From a virus: 64,000 nucleotides of DNA. The translations under genes were made by a program, and so were the position numbers. Position 1 is the first letter of the stretch. Every line of letters begins with the position of its first letter. Of the stretch, positions 16,881 through 25,455 are shown piece after piece. The stretch covers positions 1 to 64,000 of IMG/VR virus record IMGVR_UViG_3300045256_000753; one strand, 5' to 3'. The notes beneath the pieces are model-generated. The model worked only from the letters and a program-made list of their open reading frames with translations. It was not told the DNA's origin and did no database searches.

Positions 16881-18146
16881 ATGAAGACGCAAGTTTTTGC
16901 AATTTTCGCGTTCGTTTCGGTCGCCCTGACTGGCCTCACCGGCTGCGTGACCGACGTTCTTCCCTACCAGACGGCGCCGGATAGCGGCGACCCGACCAAG
17001 GATTCGGGCAATGCCCCGGATGTTGGGGAGGGTGGTATGGGAGCCGATTCCGCTGACGGTGGAATGGGGTCCGACACCGGCATGGGTCAGGACGGCTCGA
17101 TGGGCCAGGACGGGTCATCGACCGATGGCTCGATGGGCCAAGACAGTGGGACGGACTCCGGCATGGGTTGCGACGGTGGCAACCTGATGTGCGGTAACGT
17201 CTGCGTCGATTCGCTGACCGACAACAACAACTGCGGCGGTTGCGGGATCGCGTGCGGCGGTGGAGACACGTGCAACGCTGGCTACTGCACGCAAACGCTG
17301 GTCTTCGAGGCAACGAATCAGCTCGCGCTCTCGCTCAGCGGCAACAACGTCTACTTCTCGAACTCGGCGAACAAAGTCGAGAAGTGCGGAAAGAATGGAT
17401 GCGGCAATCAGCCGACCGTCCTCTCCACGAACCAGAACAACCCGACAAGCCTCGCGACGGATTCGACCGACGCCTACTGGACGAACTACCAAGGCGGATC
17501 GCTTTCGACTGTTCCTCTTGGGGGTGGCTCGACGACGAACCTGGCTACGAACCAGATGCAGCCGTACAGCGTCGCGGTCGATGCGAACGGCGTCTACCTG
17601 TACTGGGCAGAATCGATCTTCAACGGCACCGTCAAGAGGTGCTTGGCGGCCAACTGCGCGAACACGACGACGGCTCTGGCGACGGGCACTCAGGCGAGCG
17701 CCATCTCCGTCGATTCGACCAATGTTTACTGGTATGACTTCGCGGCGAAGCGGATTCTGAAATGCGCCGTTGGGGGTTGCAGCGGCAATCCAACCATCCT
17801 CGTCAACAATCAGAGTTCGACGAACTACACGTTCACGGACGGCTCGAATCTCTACTGGGCTTCGCTCACGTCGGTCTACAAGTGCGCGACTAACGGATGC
17901 GGCGGAAATCCGACCGTCTTGGCTTCGAATCAGAACGCCAACGCGATTGCTGTCGTCTCGGACGGCACGAACGCCTACTGGACCGACAAGGGTGGCACGG
18001 TGCAAAAGTGCGCCCTCAACAACTGCGCGAACACGATCACTCTGCTCGCGGTGAATCAGAACCAGCCGTACGCCATCGCGGTCGATTCGCAGCACGTCTT
18101 CTGGACGAACTACGCGGGCGGCCAGATCATGCGGGCCCCCAAATGA
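16881..18146 (+). CDS. Myxobacterial-style lipoprotein: D/G/S linker, Cys-rich repeat, beta-propeller
   Basis: Signal MKTQVFAIFAFVSVALTGLTG-C with lipobox; GMGQDGS repeats; CGNVCVDSLTDNNNCGGCGIACGGGDTCNAGYC; about seven xxDxxxxYW blades with KCxxxxC loops. Start ATG 16881. Confidence 0.85.
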   Translation: MKTQVFAIFAFVSVALTGLTGCVTDVLPYQTAPDSGDPTKDSGNAPDVGEGGMGADSADGGMGSDTGMGQDGSMGQDGSSTDGSMGQDSGTDSGMGCDGGNLMCGNVCVDSLTDNNNCGGCGIACGGGDTCNAGYCTQTLVFEATNQLALSLSGNNVYFSNSANKVEKCGKNGCGNQPTVLSTNQNNPTSLATDSTDAYWTNYQGGSLSTVPLGGGSTTNLATNQMQPYSVAVDANGVYLYWAESIFNGTVKRCLAANCANTTTALATGTQASAISVDSTNVYWYDFAAKRILKCAVGGCSGNPTILVNNQSSTNYTFTDGSNLYWASLTSVYKCATNGCGGNPTVLASNQNANAIAVVSDGTNAYWTDKGGTVQKCALNNCANTITLLAVNQNQPYAIAVDSQHVFWTNYAGGQIMRAPK

Positions 18147-18307
18147 ACCCGGCCCTCAAACGTGGACGCGTTGTCTACGATTCCTGGTGGCCCTGGCGAG
18201 TTGGCAGCATTACCAAGCGAAACAAGTCGTCTGTGTACGTGCAGTGGTCGGACGGCAAGACGTGGCGATACGACCGAGCCCACACCCAATTCCTGAGGAC
18301 CCGATGA
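18143..18307 (+). CDS. 54-aa basic, Trp-rich protein (SH3-like beta pattern)
   Basis: ATGA coupling at both ends; MNPALKRGRVVYDSWWPWRVGSITKRNKSSVYVQWSDGKTWRYDRAHTQFLRTR. Confidence 0.7.
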   Translation: MNPALKRGRVVYDSWWPWRVGSITKRNKSSVYVQWSDGKTWRYDRAHTQFLRTR

Positions 18308-18483
18308 TCGACAGACCTTACCGACCGACTCTTTTTGAAATCATCCTCGGGCGTCACGCCTACAGCATGGAGCCCGAGGAGGAGACGGCATGGTGTAGAG
18401 CGTTTCTCGTTATGGGTTTCGTCGCCGGCATCCTCTTCTGCGGACTCGTCAGCGACTTCATGGGACGGTTGCTCCATGGGTAA
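18304..18483 (+). CDS. 59-aa single-TM membrane protein
   Basis: ATGA coupling; MIDRPYRP...AFLVMGFVAGILFCGLV hydrophobic segment. Confidence 0.65.
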   Translation: MIDRPYRPTLFEIILGRHAYSMEPEEETAWCRAFLVMGFVAGILFCGLVSDFMGRLLHG

Positions 18484-18766
18484 GCTAAAATGGCGCACCC
18501 GAAGAGGAAACGCGATCTCGGCGCCTCTGTCGTACGCTGGAGACTTCGTGATCTCTCACCGCCACGAATGGCATACGGCTTCATACCGTCCTCCGGGCAA
18601 GCACGTCCACCTCGGGGTATTCCTCACGAAGAAAGCCGCACGTGAATTTTGCGAGTCTCTGGATGTCACCACGATAGAGATCGTCGGCGAAGGATTCACC
18701 CAGTTCCTTCGTGACCACCAGCGTCTCCACGCGGAGCGGGTCGCGGCCGGAATCTCGCCGCGTTGA
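18476..18766 (+). CDS. Hypothetical 96-aa protein
   Basis: ATG 18476 overlaps the previous stop; HLGVFLTKKAAREFCE resembles the LGxFxTxxxA motif common in small phage proteins. Confidence 0.65.
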   Translation: MGKLKWRTRRGNAISAPLSYAGDFVISHRHEWHTASYRPPGKHVHLGVFLTKKAAREFCESLDVTTIEIVGEGFTQFLRDHQRLHAERVAAGISPR

Positions 18767-18770
18767 CCGT

Positions 18771-18836
18771 TATACGTAGAGACGAACGAACCTACGTATA
18801 GTTTGCCGATCTGCGTCGATTTGCTCAGATCGGCAA
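18771..18836. terminator. Two adjacent hairpins between convergent genes (candidate bidirectional terminator)
   Basis: TATACGTAG/CTACGTATA (18771-18779, 18792-18800) and TTGCCGATCTG/CAGATCGGCAA (18803-18813, 18826-18836). No long U-tract. Confidence 0.6.
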
Positions 18837-18843
18837 GGACCGT

Positions 18844-19470
18844 TCAGTAGATCACAGCCCACGAACCGAGCCAGAGGCGGTTCGCAGAGGCGTTCGTGAG
18901 CCGGATGATGAAGTTCGTTCCCTGGCCGAGCCCAGGGATGTTCGTGACACCCCCATCGAGCGCGCTGTTGAACGTCACGCCCCCATCACAAGAGACGGAG
19001 CATGTAATGTTCAAGGGAGAGGACGCGACCTCGGCATACGTGCGCTGGTAACGATCCGTTTTGGCATCGGAGGCCGTGTACTGGAAGGTCTCCCACGTCA
19101 CGATGACGGCTGGCGGGGCGCCCGGGGTCAGACCGATGACGTTCGATTGCAGAACCCCGCCCGGGAAGAGCGAGATCGAGCCGCGTTCACCGAGCGTGAT
19201 ACCCGAGGAGTTCGCCGCGTCGATGCCCGAGGCGTTCACGAGATCGTCGAACGTGATTCGTGTGAAGCCAGCGTAGAAGGCAAGCAGCCCCGTGTATTTC
19301 TGCGTGATGAGGTTCGAGAAGCTTGAGGGACGAACGACCTGGACGCCATCCGGCACGCGAACGACGAAGCAACCATTCGTGAGCGACTGGAAGTTCGTCG
19401 GGTCGCGAACATCGATGAGGGCGGAGTTCGCCAAGATCGCGTTGTGCAGGTCAACGAGGTAGTGAGCCAT
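18844..19470 (-). CDS. Putative virion protein downstream of tailspike
   Basis: 208 aa, beta-rich, GGAG upstream, co-oriented with the tail genes. Confidence 0.7.
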   Translation of the reverse strand: MAHYLVDLHNAILANSALIDVRDPTNFQSLTNGCFVVRVPDGVQVVRPSSFSNLITQKYTGLLAFYAGFTRITFDDLVNASGIDAANSSGITLGERGSISLFPGGVLQSNVIGLTPGAPPAVIVTWETFQYTASDAKTDRYQRTYAEVASSPLNITCSVSCDGGVTFNSALDGGVTNIPGLGQGTNFIIRLTNASANRLWLGSWAVIY

Positions 19471-19481
19471 TTACATCTCCA

Positions 19482-22400
19482 TCATGTCGCGAAGATCGCC
19501 GTGTTGAACAGCATCGTCCCACCGTTCGCGTAGAGACGAGTGTCGGCGCCAGCGCCAACCGTCTGCCAACCACGCAAGTTGTAGGTAAGGTTCGCGTTCG
19601 GCGAGACGAACGCGCCGGTTCCCGACACTTGCATTTGACCGAGCGTGCCGAGAAGATCCGTGTTGTTGTTCATGGCCACCGACACGATTCCGCCGACGCG
19701 GCTGATCGTGTGGCAGTCGATCTTGATTTGCACGTTGGCGGCTGCACCGTTGTTGCCGGCTGCCGTGTTGTTGAGCAACCAGACACATCCGAGCCAAGAC
19801 TCGCCACCGGCATTGTCCGTCTCGACAAGGATGCCTTCCTGCGTGCAAGACCGAATGACGTTCTGCTCGATGGTGATGCCGTCCTCATCGATGATGTGCC
19901 CGGACACCCAGATGCCGCGCCCCAAGCCTCCGGAACCGAGGGAGTAGAAACGGCAGCGGCGAATGTAGAGGCCGGAGATGTTGAGCGACGTTGATGCGAG
20001 GATTCCGCCACGCAAAGACGAACCGGCCAAGTCTTCGATCTCGACACCGATGATGTTGCCCGACACGGCGTTGAGAAACAGGGCGTAATAACCGCCGACT
20101 GCGCCACCGCCGTTGAGGAAGCCGTGGACGCGCCCGCCAGAGAAGACGACATGGCGGTTGTCGTTCGACTCCCAGTTGAGCATGCAGATGATGCTGTCCA
20201 CGGCCCACGCGCCGCCGCCCGCCGTCTGACCATCCATTTGGATGTTGCGGATACGTCCACCGGAGTGAAATCCGTTGCCGTACCCCGAGAAGAGGAGGCG
20301 GTGGATCGGTGTGGAGCCCGTTCCGCCGTCCGAAAACGACGAGAGCTGGAGGTCATCGACATCGATGTCTTGCGTGCGAATCGAGATGTCGCCTGCGGTG
20401 GAGAGCTGCTTGAAGCCCGTGCCCTTGATCTTCTTTGCGGTCACCTTGTCGGCAAGGATGTTGACCGTTCCGTAGAAGAAGACGGACGGGGGTGCGCCGC
20501 CACCCGTGTACCAGAACGCGGTGTCGTCCGGGATCAAACAACCGGGCTGTGCGGCAGTCGGCACCATGGTGAACACGACATCATTCAACTCGAAGTGCTT
20601 GGCGCCCTGAGCGACGTTGAACGGCGTGAGCTGGTTCGGCGGAATCGGGTCACCGAGCTGGCAGATGATGCGCGAGTTTCGGATGACGAAGTGTTGGACT
20701 TGGAGGTACGGCCCCACGCCCGCCCCGTTCACCCCGTTGCCCGAAGGCGTGAGGTGGAGGATGACGTTGACGAAGCCGGAGGGCACGTTCGGATTCGGCG
20801 TCGAGATGATGCAGTTCTCGAAGACGACATCCTGAATCGTTGCGCCGTTGCCCGTTCGAGCGTCCTGGGCGTTCGGGTCGAGATCCACGATGCCCGTGTT
20901 CTGCGCGAGCACGCCGTTCGTGAAACCACCGGGGGTTGCCGTGGTGGTCTGGTTGAGAACGAACTTGCTGCGGCTGACGTGGATGCCTTCGATGGTTCCG
21001 ATTGCGCCAGCCAGAGCGCGGATTCGAATCGCAGGGACCGTGAAGCCCATCGAGAACGAGCACTCGTCCACGAAGACGCGCTTGCAGTCGGTCGTTCCAC
21101 CGCCCTCGATCGTGATTGCCGCGTCGTTTGCCGTGCCATCGAAGAGGCATCGGGTGAAGACGCTCGGGGCGTCGTCTCCGGAAAGCGACGACAGGATCAC
21201 GTTGTCGAACGAGCAGTCTTGGGCGATCACTCGGCCGCTGTCCGATGCGCGAACCGAGTAGACGCCGGCGGCGCCGTTCGAGATGACGTGAATGCCCTTG
21301 AGATACAGCGTGTTGCCGCTGTGGACGTACATCGAGTCGATGGCCGCAGCCGGAGCGGAGAGAGTCGAGCCCGAGCCACCCTGCCCGGAGCCGTAGCCCT
21401 CGATCGTGAGGAAGCCGGGCCCGAACGCGCCGAGGTTGATCGTCGCGTTCATCGAGTGGAAGCCGCGCTTGAGGAAGATCGTGGCCGAGTTGATGTTCAG
21501 GCCTGCCGATTGGATGCAGGCCATCGCTGCGTTGATGGCGTTCGTTCCGTTGAAGTCGCCGAACGAGTTCGTTCCGTCGCCGATCGAGCAGTAGAACCGA
21601 CCGTTGAGGTTTTTGAGAAGCTGCTCGGCCACCGGGACAACCGATCCGCCCGTGGACATCGTTCCGGTACCGCCCGTGCACCCCGTGAAGGTCGTGCTCG
21701 TCGTGCCCGTGTAGGTCACGAACTGCGGGCCCGCCGACGTGTTGACGATGAGCGATCCCGTGGCTGGGAACTTGGCCGTGCTCGCGACGTTGATGGTACC
21801 AGTCGGGAGAGAGACGCCGTTCGAGCCGGCTGCGATCGTTGTCGTGAACTGACCCCAGCCCTTGTCGAAGATGCGAACGATCTTCGCGCCATCCGCTGTC
21901 GTCGTGGACGAGAAGCGCATGAACTTGCCGCCGTTGTTGCCGGCGTTCGCAACCGTCTGCGCGTCGTAGAAGGCGAGGATGTCATCGGAGCCGATCGACG
22001 AGCCGTTCTGCGTCGTCGGGCTGAAGGTACCCGTGCTCCATCCGATGCCATCGAAGTAGAGCTTCGAGCCTGCGGATGCCACGATGTCCGTGCCGCGCGT
22101 CGCGTAGAGCAAACGTGCGGAGCCCTTGGTCAGGGTCGAATCGACGGCCCAGAAAACCGCGTAGAGATTGAGACGGCCCGTGACGCCGTTGACGCCACCG
22201 ACAACCTTGATGTTGCCGCCGATCTTCGGGGCACACGAGAAGCGAATGACGCCGGCCTTGTAGTCGATCGTCAGGCGTTGATCGCCGGGGGCGATGGCCG
22301 GATCGATGACCGGGTTGAGCGACGTGATCGGCTGCGTGAGATCCGGTCCGGTTCCGAGACCGTTGTCCGGATAGAGGACGACGCGGTACCCGAGCTTGTC

Positions 22401-23195
22401 GAGCGAGGTCCGGGGCGCCGGGGCATCGAATACCGAGTCGGCACGATCCACGGTCGAATCGAGGCCGTAGGCGGACGGAACGAGGCTCTTGACGCGATCG
22501 GCGTTGATCTGATCGACGGTCGGGGCGACGTTGCTGTGGAGCGTCGAGCCCGGAATGACCGCGAGGAATGTTTGCTCCTGGCCAGTCGGACCGGAGCCCG
22601 GGACCGCGAAGAGCTGCACCGCCAGGGGACGGACGATGACGTACGGGTAGAGATCCGCCGCAACGTTGAATTGGTTTGTCGGTGCGGAGACCCTGTGGAT
22701 GTTGGTGCACGTGAGGGTCGTCGCGCCAACGACCGAGATCGTGCCGACGAGGTTGGCGTTCGCGCTGCTCGTCGGGCCGTTCCGAACGAGGAGGAGGTCA
22801 CCTGCTTGGACGCCAGCAACGATGAAGCTTGCCGTCGAGTCGGTGAACTGGTTGACGGCAGTGCCGGCACCCTGAGTTCCGCTCACGATGTGCGTCGGGC
22901 CGTACCACTTGGCCGTATCGGCCGTGAGGTCCGAGGTCTGCGTCAACGTGCCGATGTACTTGCCCGGCTGGGTCGGAGGCGTCTGGCTGTAGACGTCATC
23001 GAGGAGGACGTTTGGTCCAGTGAGATAGGGCTCGGCATTGATGTCGCCCTTTCCGACGACACCTTCCGGAGGCAAAGCGGAATCGCCAACCGTGAGAGCC
23101 TTGCTGCCCGCAAAGAAGTCCGCTTTGCGGAGCTGTTCCAGCTCCAGACGGGTGAGGTTCGAGTACGAACCAGTCGGCGTGAAAGACGCTGCCAT
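19482..23195 (-). CDS. Tailspike / receptor-binding protein with C-terminal parallel beta-helix
   Basis: SIGDGTNSFGDFNGTNAINAA...ATIFLKRG is the usual beta-helix cap, followed by right-handed beta-helix repeats (VVFENCII, FVIRNSRI, YIRRCRF, ITIEQNVI). Confidence 0.8.
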   Translation of the reverse strand: MAASFTPTGSYSNLTRLELEQLRKADFFAGSKALTVGDSALPPEGVVGKGDINAEPYLTGPNVLLDDVYSQTPPTQPGKYIGTLTQTSDLTADTAKWYGPTHIVSGTQGAGTAVNQFTDSTASFIVAGVQAGDLLLVRNGPTSSANANLVGTISVVGATTLTCTNIHRVSAPTNQFNVAADLYPYVIVRPLAVQLFAVPGSGPTGQEQTFLAVIPGSTLHSNVAPTVDQINADRVKSLVPSAYGLDSTVDRADSVFDAPAPRTSLDKLGYRVVLYPDNGLGTGPDLTQPITSLNPVIDPAIAPGDQRLTIDYKAGVIRFSCAPKIGGNIKVVGGVNGVTGRLNLYAVFWAVDSTLTKGSARLLYATRGTDIVASAGSKLYFDGIGWSTGTFSPTTQNGSSIGSDDILAFYDAQTVANAGNNGGKFMRFSSTTTADGAKIVRIFDKGWGQFTTTIAAGSNGVSLPTGTINVASTAKFPATGSLIVNTSAGPQFVTYTGTTSTTFTGCTGGTGTMSTGGSVVPVAEQLLKNLNGRFYCSIGDGTNSFGDFNGTNAINAAMACIQSAGLNINSATIFLKRGFHSMNATINLGAFGPGFLTIEGYGSGQGGSGSTLSAPAAAIDSMYVHSGNTLYLKGIHVISNGAAGVYSVRASDSGRVIAQDCSFDNVILSSLSGDDAPSVFTRCLFDGTANDAAITIEGGGTTDCKRVFVDECSFSMGFTVPAIRIRALAGAIGTIEGIHVSRSKFVLNQTTTATPGGFTNGVLAQNTGIVDLDPNAQDARTGNGATIQDVVFENCIISTPNPNVPSGFVNVILHLTPSGNGVNGAGVGPYLQVQHFVIRNSRIICQLGDPIPPNQLTPFNVAQGAKHFELNDVVFTMVPTAAQPGCLIPDDTAFWYTGGGAPPSVFFYGTVNILADKVTAKKIKGTGFKQLSTAGDISIRTQDIDVDDLQLSSFSDGGTGSTPIHRLLFSGYGNGFHSGGRIRNIQMDGQTAGGGAWAVDSIICMLNWESNDNRHVVFSGGRVHGFLNGGGAVGGYYALFLNAVSGNIIGVEIEDLAGSSLRGGILASTSLNISGLYIRRCRFYSLGSGGLGRGIWVSGHIIDEDGITIEQNVIRSCTQEGILVETDNAGGESWLGCVWLLNNTAAGNNGAAANVQIKIDCHTISRVGGIVSVAMNNNTDLLGTLGQMQVSGTGAFVSPNANLTYNLRGWQTVGAGADTRLYANGGTMLFNTAIFAT

Positions 23196-23250
23196 GTGAT
23201 CTTAATCCCTGTCTGACTGCCTCGATAAAAGCCCTACGGTTGCGACCCCA

Positions 23251-25455
23251 TCACGGCGGGAGCCACTCCAGCTCGTCGATGGTGAGCGCCGTGCCCGCGC
23301 CATTGATGAGCGACACACGCACGAAGAGGAGGAAGTTGCCCGAACCGTTGTTCGAAGTGAATGCCGTCGTGTTGAACGTGACGAACACGTCCGGACCCAC
23401 CGTCGTGATGCCCGTGGCGCAACCATAGAAGTCGGTTGTCGCGATGCCGGGGTCACCGTACGCACGGCCGAGGTCGAGCCAACCGGTTCCGCCACCGCCC
23501 GGGACCTTGAGCTGGATGATGGCACCCCCAACGAGGTGGCCCGTGGTTTCCGTGCCGTTGTATGCGGCGTTCGTCTGGATCGCCGCGTAGGCGAGACCAC
23601 GAATGCGAAGCTTGCCGGTGTTGCGCGGAACGCCCGTGTCGAAGGCACGCTGGTAGCGCCGGAGGTGGTTGGCACCGTCGCCGGCCGGGAAGCCCGAGTA
23701 GTCCGGCTGGCCCACCGGACGGTATGCCGCCGCGCCGTAGTTCACTTGGGGGTAAGCGAGAACGTTTCCGACCTCTTGGAGGTCCGGTCCCGTCACCAAC
23801 AAGGCGGCGTTCGAGGCGTAGATGTTGCCGCCACCCGGAACGATCGGAACGGCAGCCGAAGTGGTCGGATCGAAGCTGAGCGCGTAGCGGTACTTCTCGT
23901 CCACGAACGGTTCGAGCGTGGTCGTCGAAGCCGTGCCGCCACCCGACTGCGGGTAGGAGTTGAAGAGGTAGCGCGTCGTGTCCAAGAACTGGACGGCCGC
24001 GTTGAAGGGATCCTTCAGATCGGCACGGAGAAGACCGTAGCCGTTCGCGGGGCTTGCGGGGCCGGCACCCGGGATCGCCAACGCAGCGTTGATGTACTGC
24101 GCGATGTCCGCTGCCTGCGGCGAGTTGATGTTGCTGTAGTTGCCGACGATCGTGGCCTTCCGCAGGTCGGAGTACGGAACCAGCGTGGTCGTGCCGCCGA
24201 ACGCGTTGAAGTTCAGGACCATCGGATCGTTGGCCGATTGGAACTGGTTCGGAACGAGCGGCGGGTTGGCGACCGATCCCGTATCGAAGCTGTTGCTGAA
24301 CAGGTCGCTCGCGCGGATGTCCACGTTCCAGTGAAGCGGCGTGCCGCCGTTGTCGTAGAACTGGACGCCCGAGAGGAAGACCGTCGTCGGAACTGCAACC
24401 TGTGCAGAGGAGAACAACGTCCCCGCCGGCGACGTGCCGGATCCAGCATCGCGGAAGACGTGGTGACGGTTGACGTTGTAGACCGGCGTCGTGTTGTCGT
24501 CGAAGTTGCCTCCGGCCGGAACCGCCGAGTAGCACTTGCTGGCCACGAGGTTGCCGATCGTGAGGTTCGCCGGCTGGATCGAGGCGAGCGTCGTCGCGTA
24601 CGTCTCTTTCCAGTGGACGACGAGGTAGTTCTGCGCGTCGCCGGCCGCGAGGGCCTGCGTGAGGAGCGAGAACACGGCGAGCTGGTAGCGGTAGAAGTTG
24701 ATCGAGAACGGTCCGTACGGTGTGCCGGGGTACGCCGTGTAGTTCGACAGATACGGAAGACGGAACGTCAGACCGAACTGATCGAGGCCGACGCCGGAGG
24801 CGACGTAGTTCGCCTGCTGGACTTTGCGGTTCGCTTCAACGAAGTTGGCACCAGGGATGCCGCCCGGAGGTGGGTTGCTTCCGAGGTAGAGCGCAGCGAC
24901 GAGGGTCGTGGCACCGGCGTTGAAGAAGTTGCCGTCCGTGTTCTTGTAGAACGCGACCACGCCGCGATCGGCCGGGAAGAGAAGGCCGCTCATCGCGAAG
25001 TTCGCGGTGCCGTTCGGAACGAGGAAGTGGCTGAATTCGACGTTCGCGCCGTTGGGGTAGCCACCCGTTCGAGACGTGCCGGACCCGATACCGAAGGCAT
25101 CGAGCAACCCCCAAGACGGGATGCCCGAGCTGATACCCTCGGGGAGGTTGAAGCCGATCGAATTCGGACGAACGGGGATGAGGTCCTTGAACTCGTCGAT
25201 GAAGTCGAGGACGCTCTCGCCATCGATCACGCCGCCCACGCTTGTGAGGAGCGCCTCTCCGGTCGGTGGGTAGAACGGGTTGATGCCGATGGCGCTCGCC
25301 ATGTGTGCGTCGATCGGATCGGTGATGTGCGCTTGCAAGGCGGCGTTCGAGCCCCCGCCAGGCGGGAAGAGAAGAGCGCCGGCCGGAACGACACCGGCAG
25401 AGAGCCGGCCCGGTCCCGGGTTGACAACGACGGTGGGGTCTTTGGTGGACGGCAT
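23251..25455 (-). CDS. Virion structural protein, 734 aa
   Basis: LQAHITDPIDAHMASAI His-type trimer motif seen in fibres; TGATG coupling with the upstream gene. Confidence 0.7.
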   Translation of the reverse strand: MPSTKDPTVVVNPGPGRLSAGVVPAGALLFPPGGGSNAALQAHITDPIDAHMASAIGINPFYPPTGEALLTSVGGVIDGESVLDFIDEFKDLIPVRPNSIGFNLPEGISSGIPSWGLLDAFGIGSGTSRTGGYPNGANVEFSHFLVPNGTANFAMSGLLFPADRGVVAFYKNTDGNFFNAGATTLVAALYLGSNPPPGGIPGANFVEANRKVQQANYVASGVGLDQFGLTFRLPYLSNYTAYPGTPYGPFSINFYRYQLAVFSLLTQALAAGDAQNYLVVHWKETYATTLASIQPANLTIGNLVASKCYSAVPAGGNFDDNTTPVYNVNRHHVFRDAGSGTSPAGTLFSSAQVAVPTTVFLSGVQFYDNGGTPLHWNVDIRASDLFSNSFDTGSVANPPLVPNQFQSANDPMVLNFNAFGGTTTLVPYSDLRKATIVGNYSNINSPQAADIAQYINAALAIPGAGPASPANGYGLLRADLKDPFNAAVQFLDTTRYLFNSYPQSGGGTASTTTLEPFVDEKYRYALSFDPTTSAAVPIVPGGGNIYASNAALLVTGPDLQEVGNVLAYPQVNYGAAAYRPVGQPDYSGFPAGDGANHLRRYQRAFDTGVPRNTGKLRIRGLAYAAIQTNAAYNGTETTGHLVGGAIIQLKVPGGGGTGWLDLGRAYGDPGIATTDFYGCATGITTVGPDVFVTFNTTAFTSNNGSGNFLLFVRVSLINGAGTALTIDELEWLPP

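Noticed and set aside
17030-17175. Short direct repeats (GGCTCGATGGGCCA) as a CRISPR-like or regulatory array
   Set aside because: They encode the GMGQDGS low-complexity linker of the lipoprotein and lack spacer structure.
19482-23195. Diversity-generating retroelement or invertible cassette acting on the tailspike
   Set aside because: No reverse transcriptase, recombinase, template/variable repeat pair or inverted crossover sites seen in this window.
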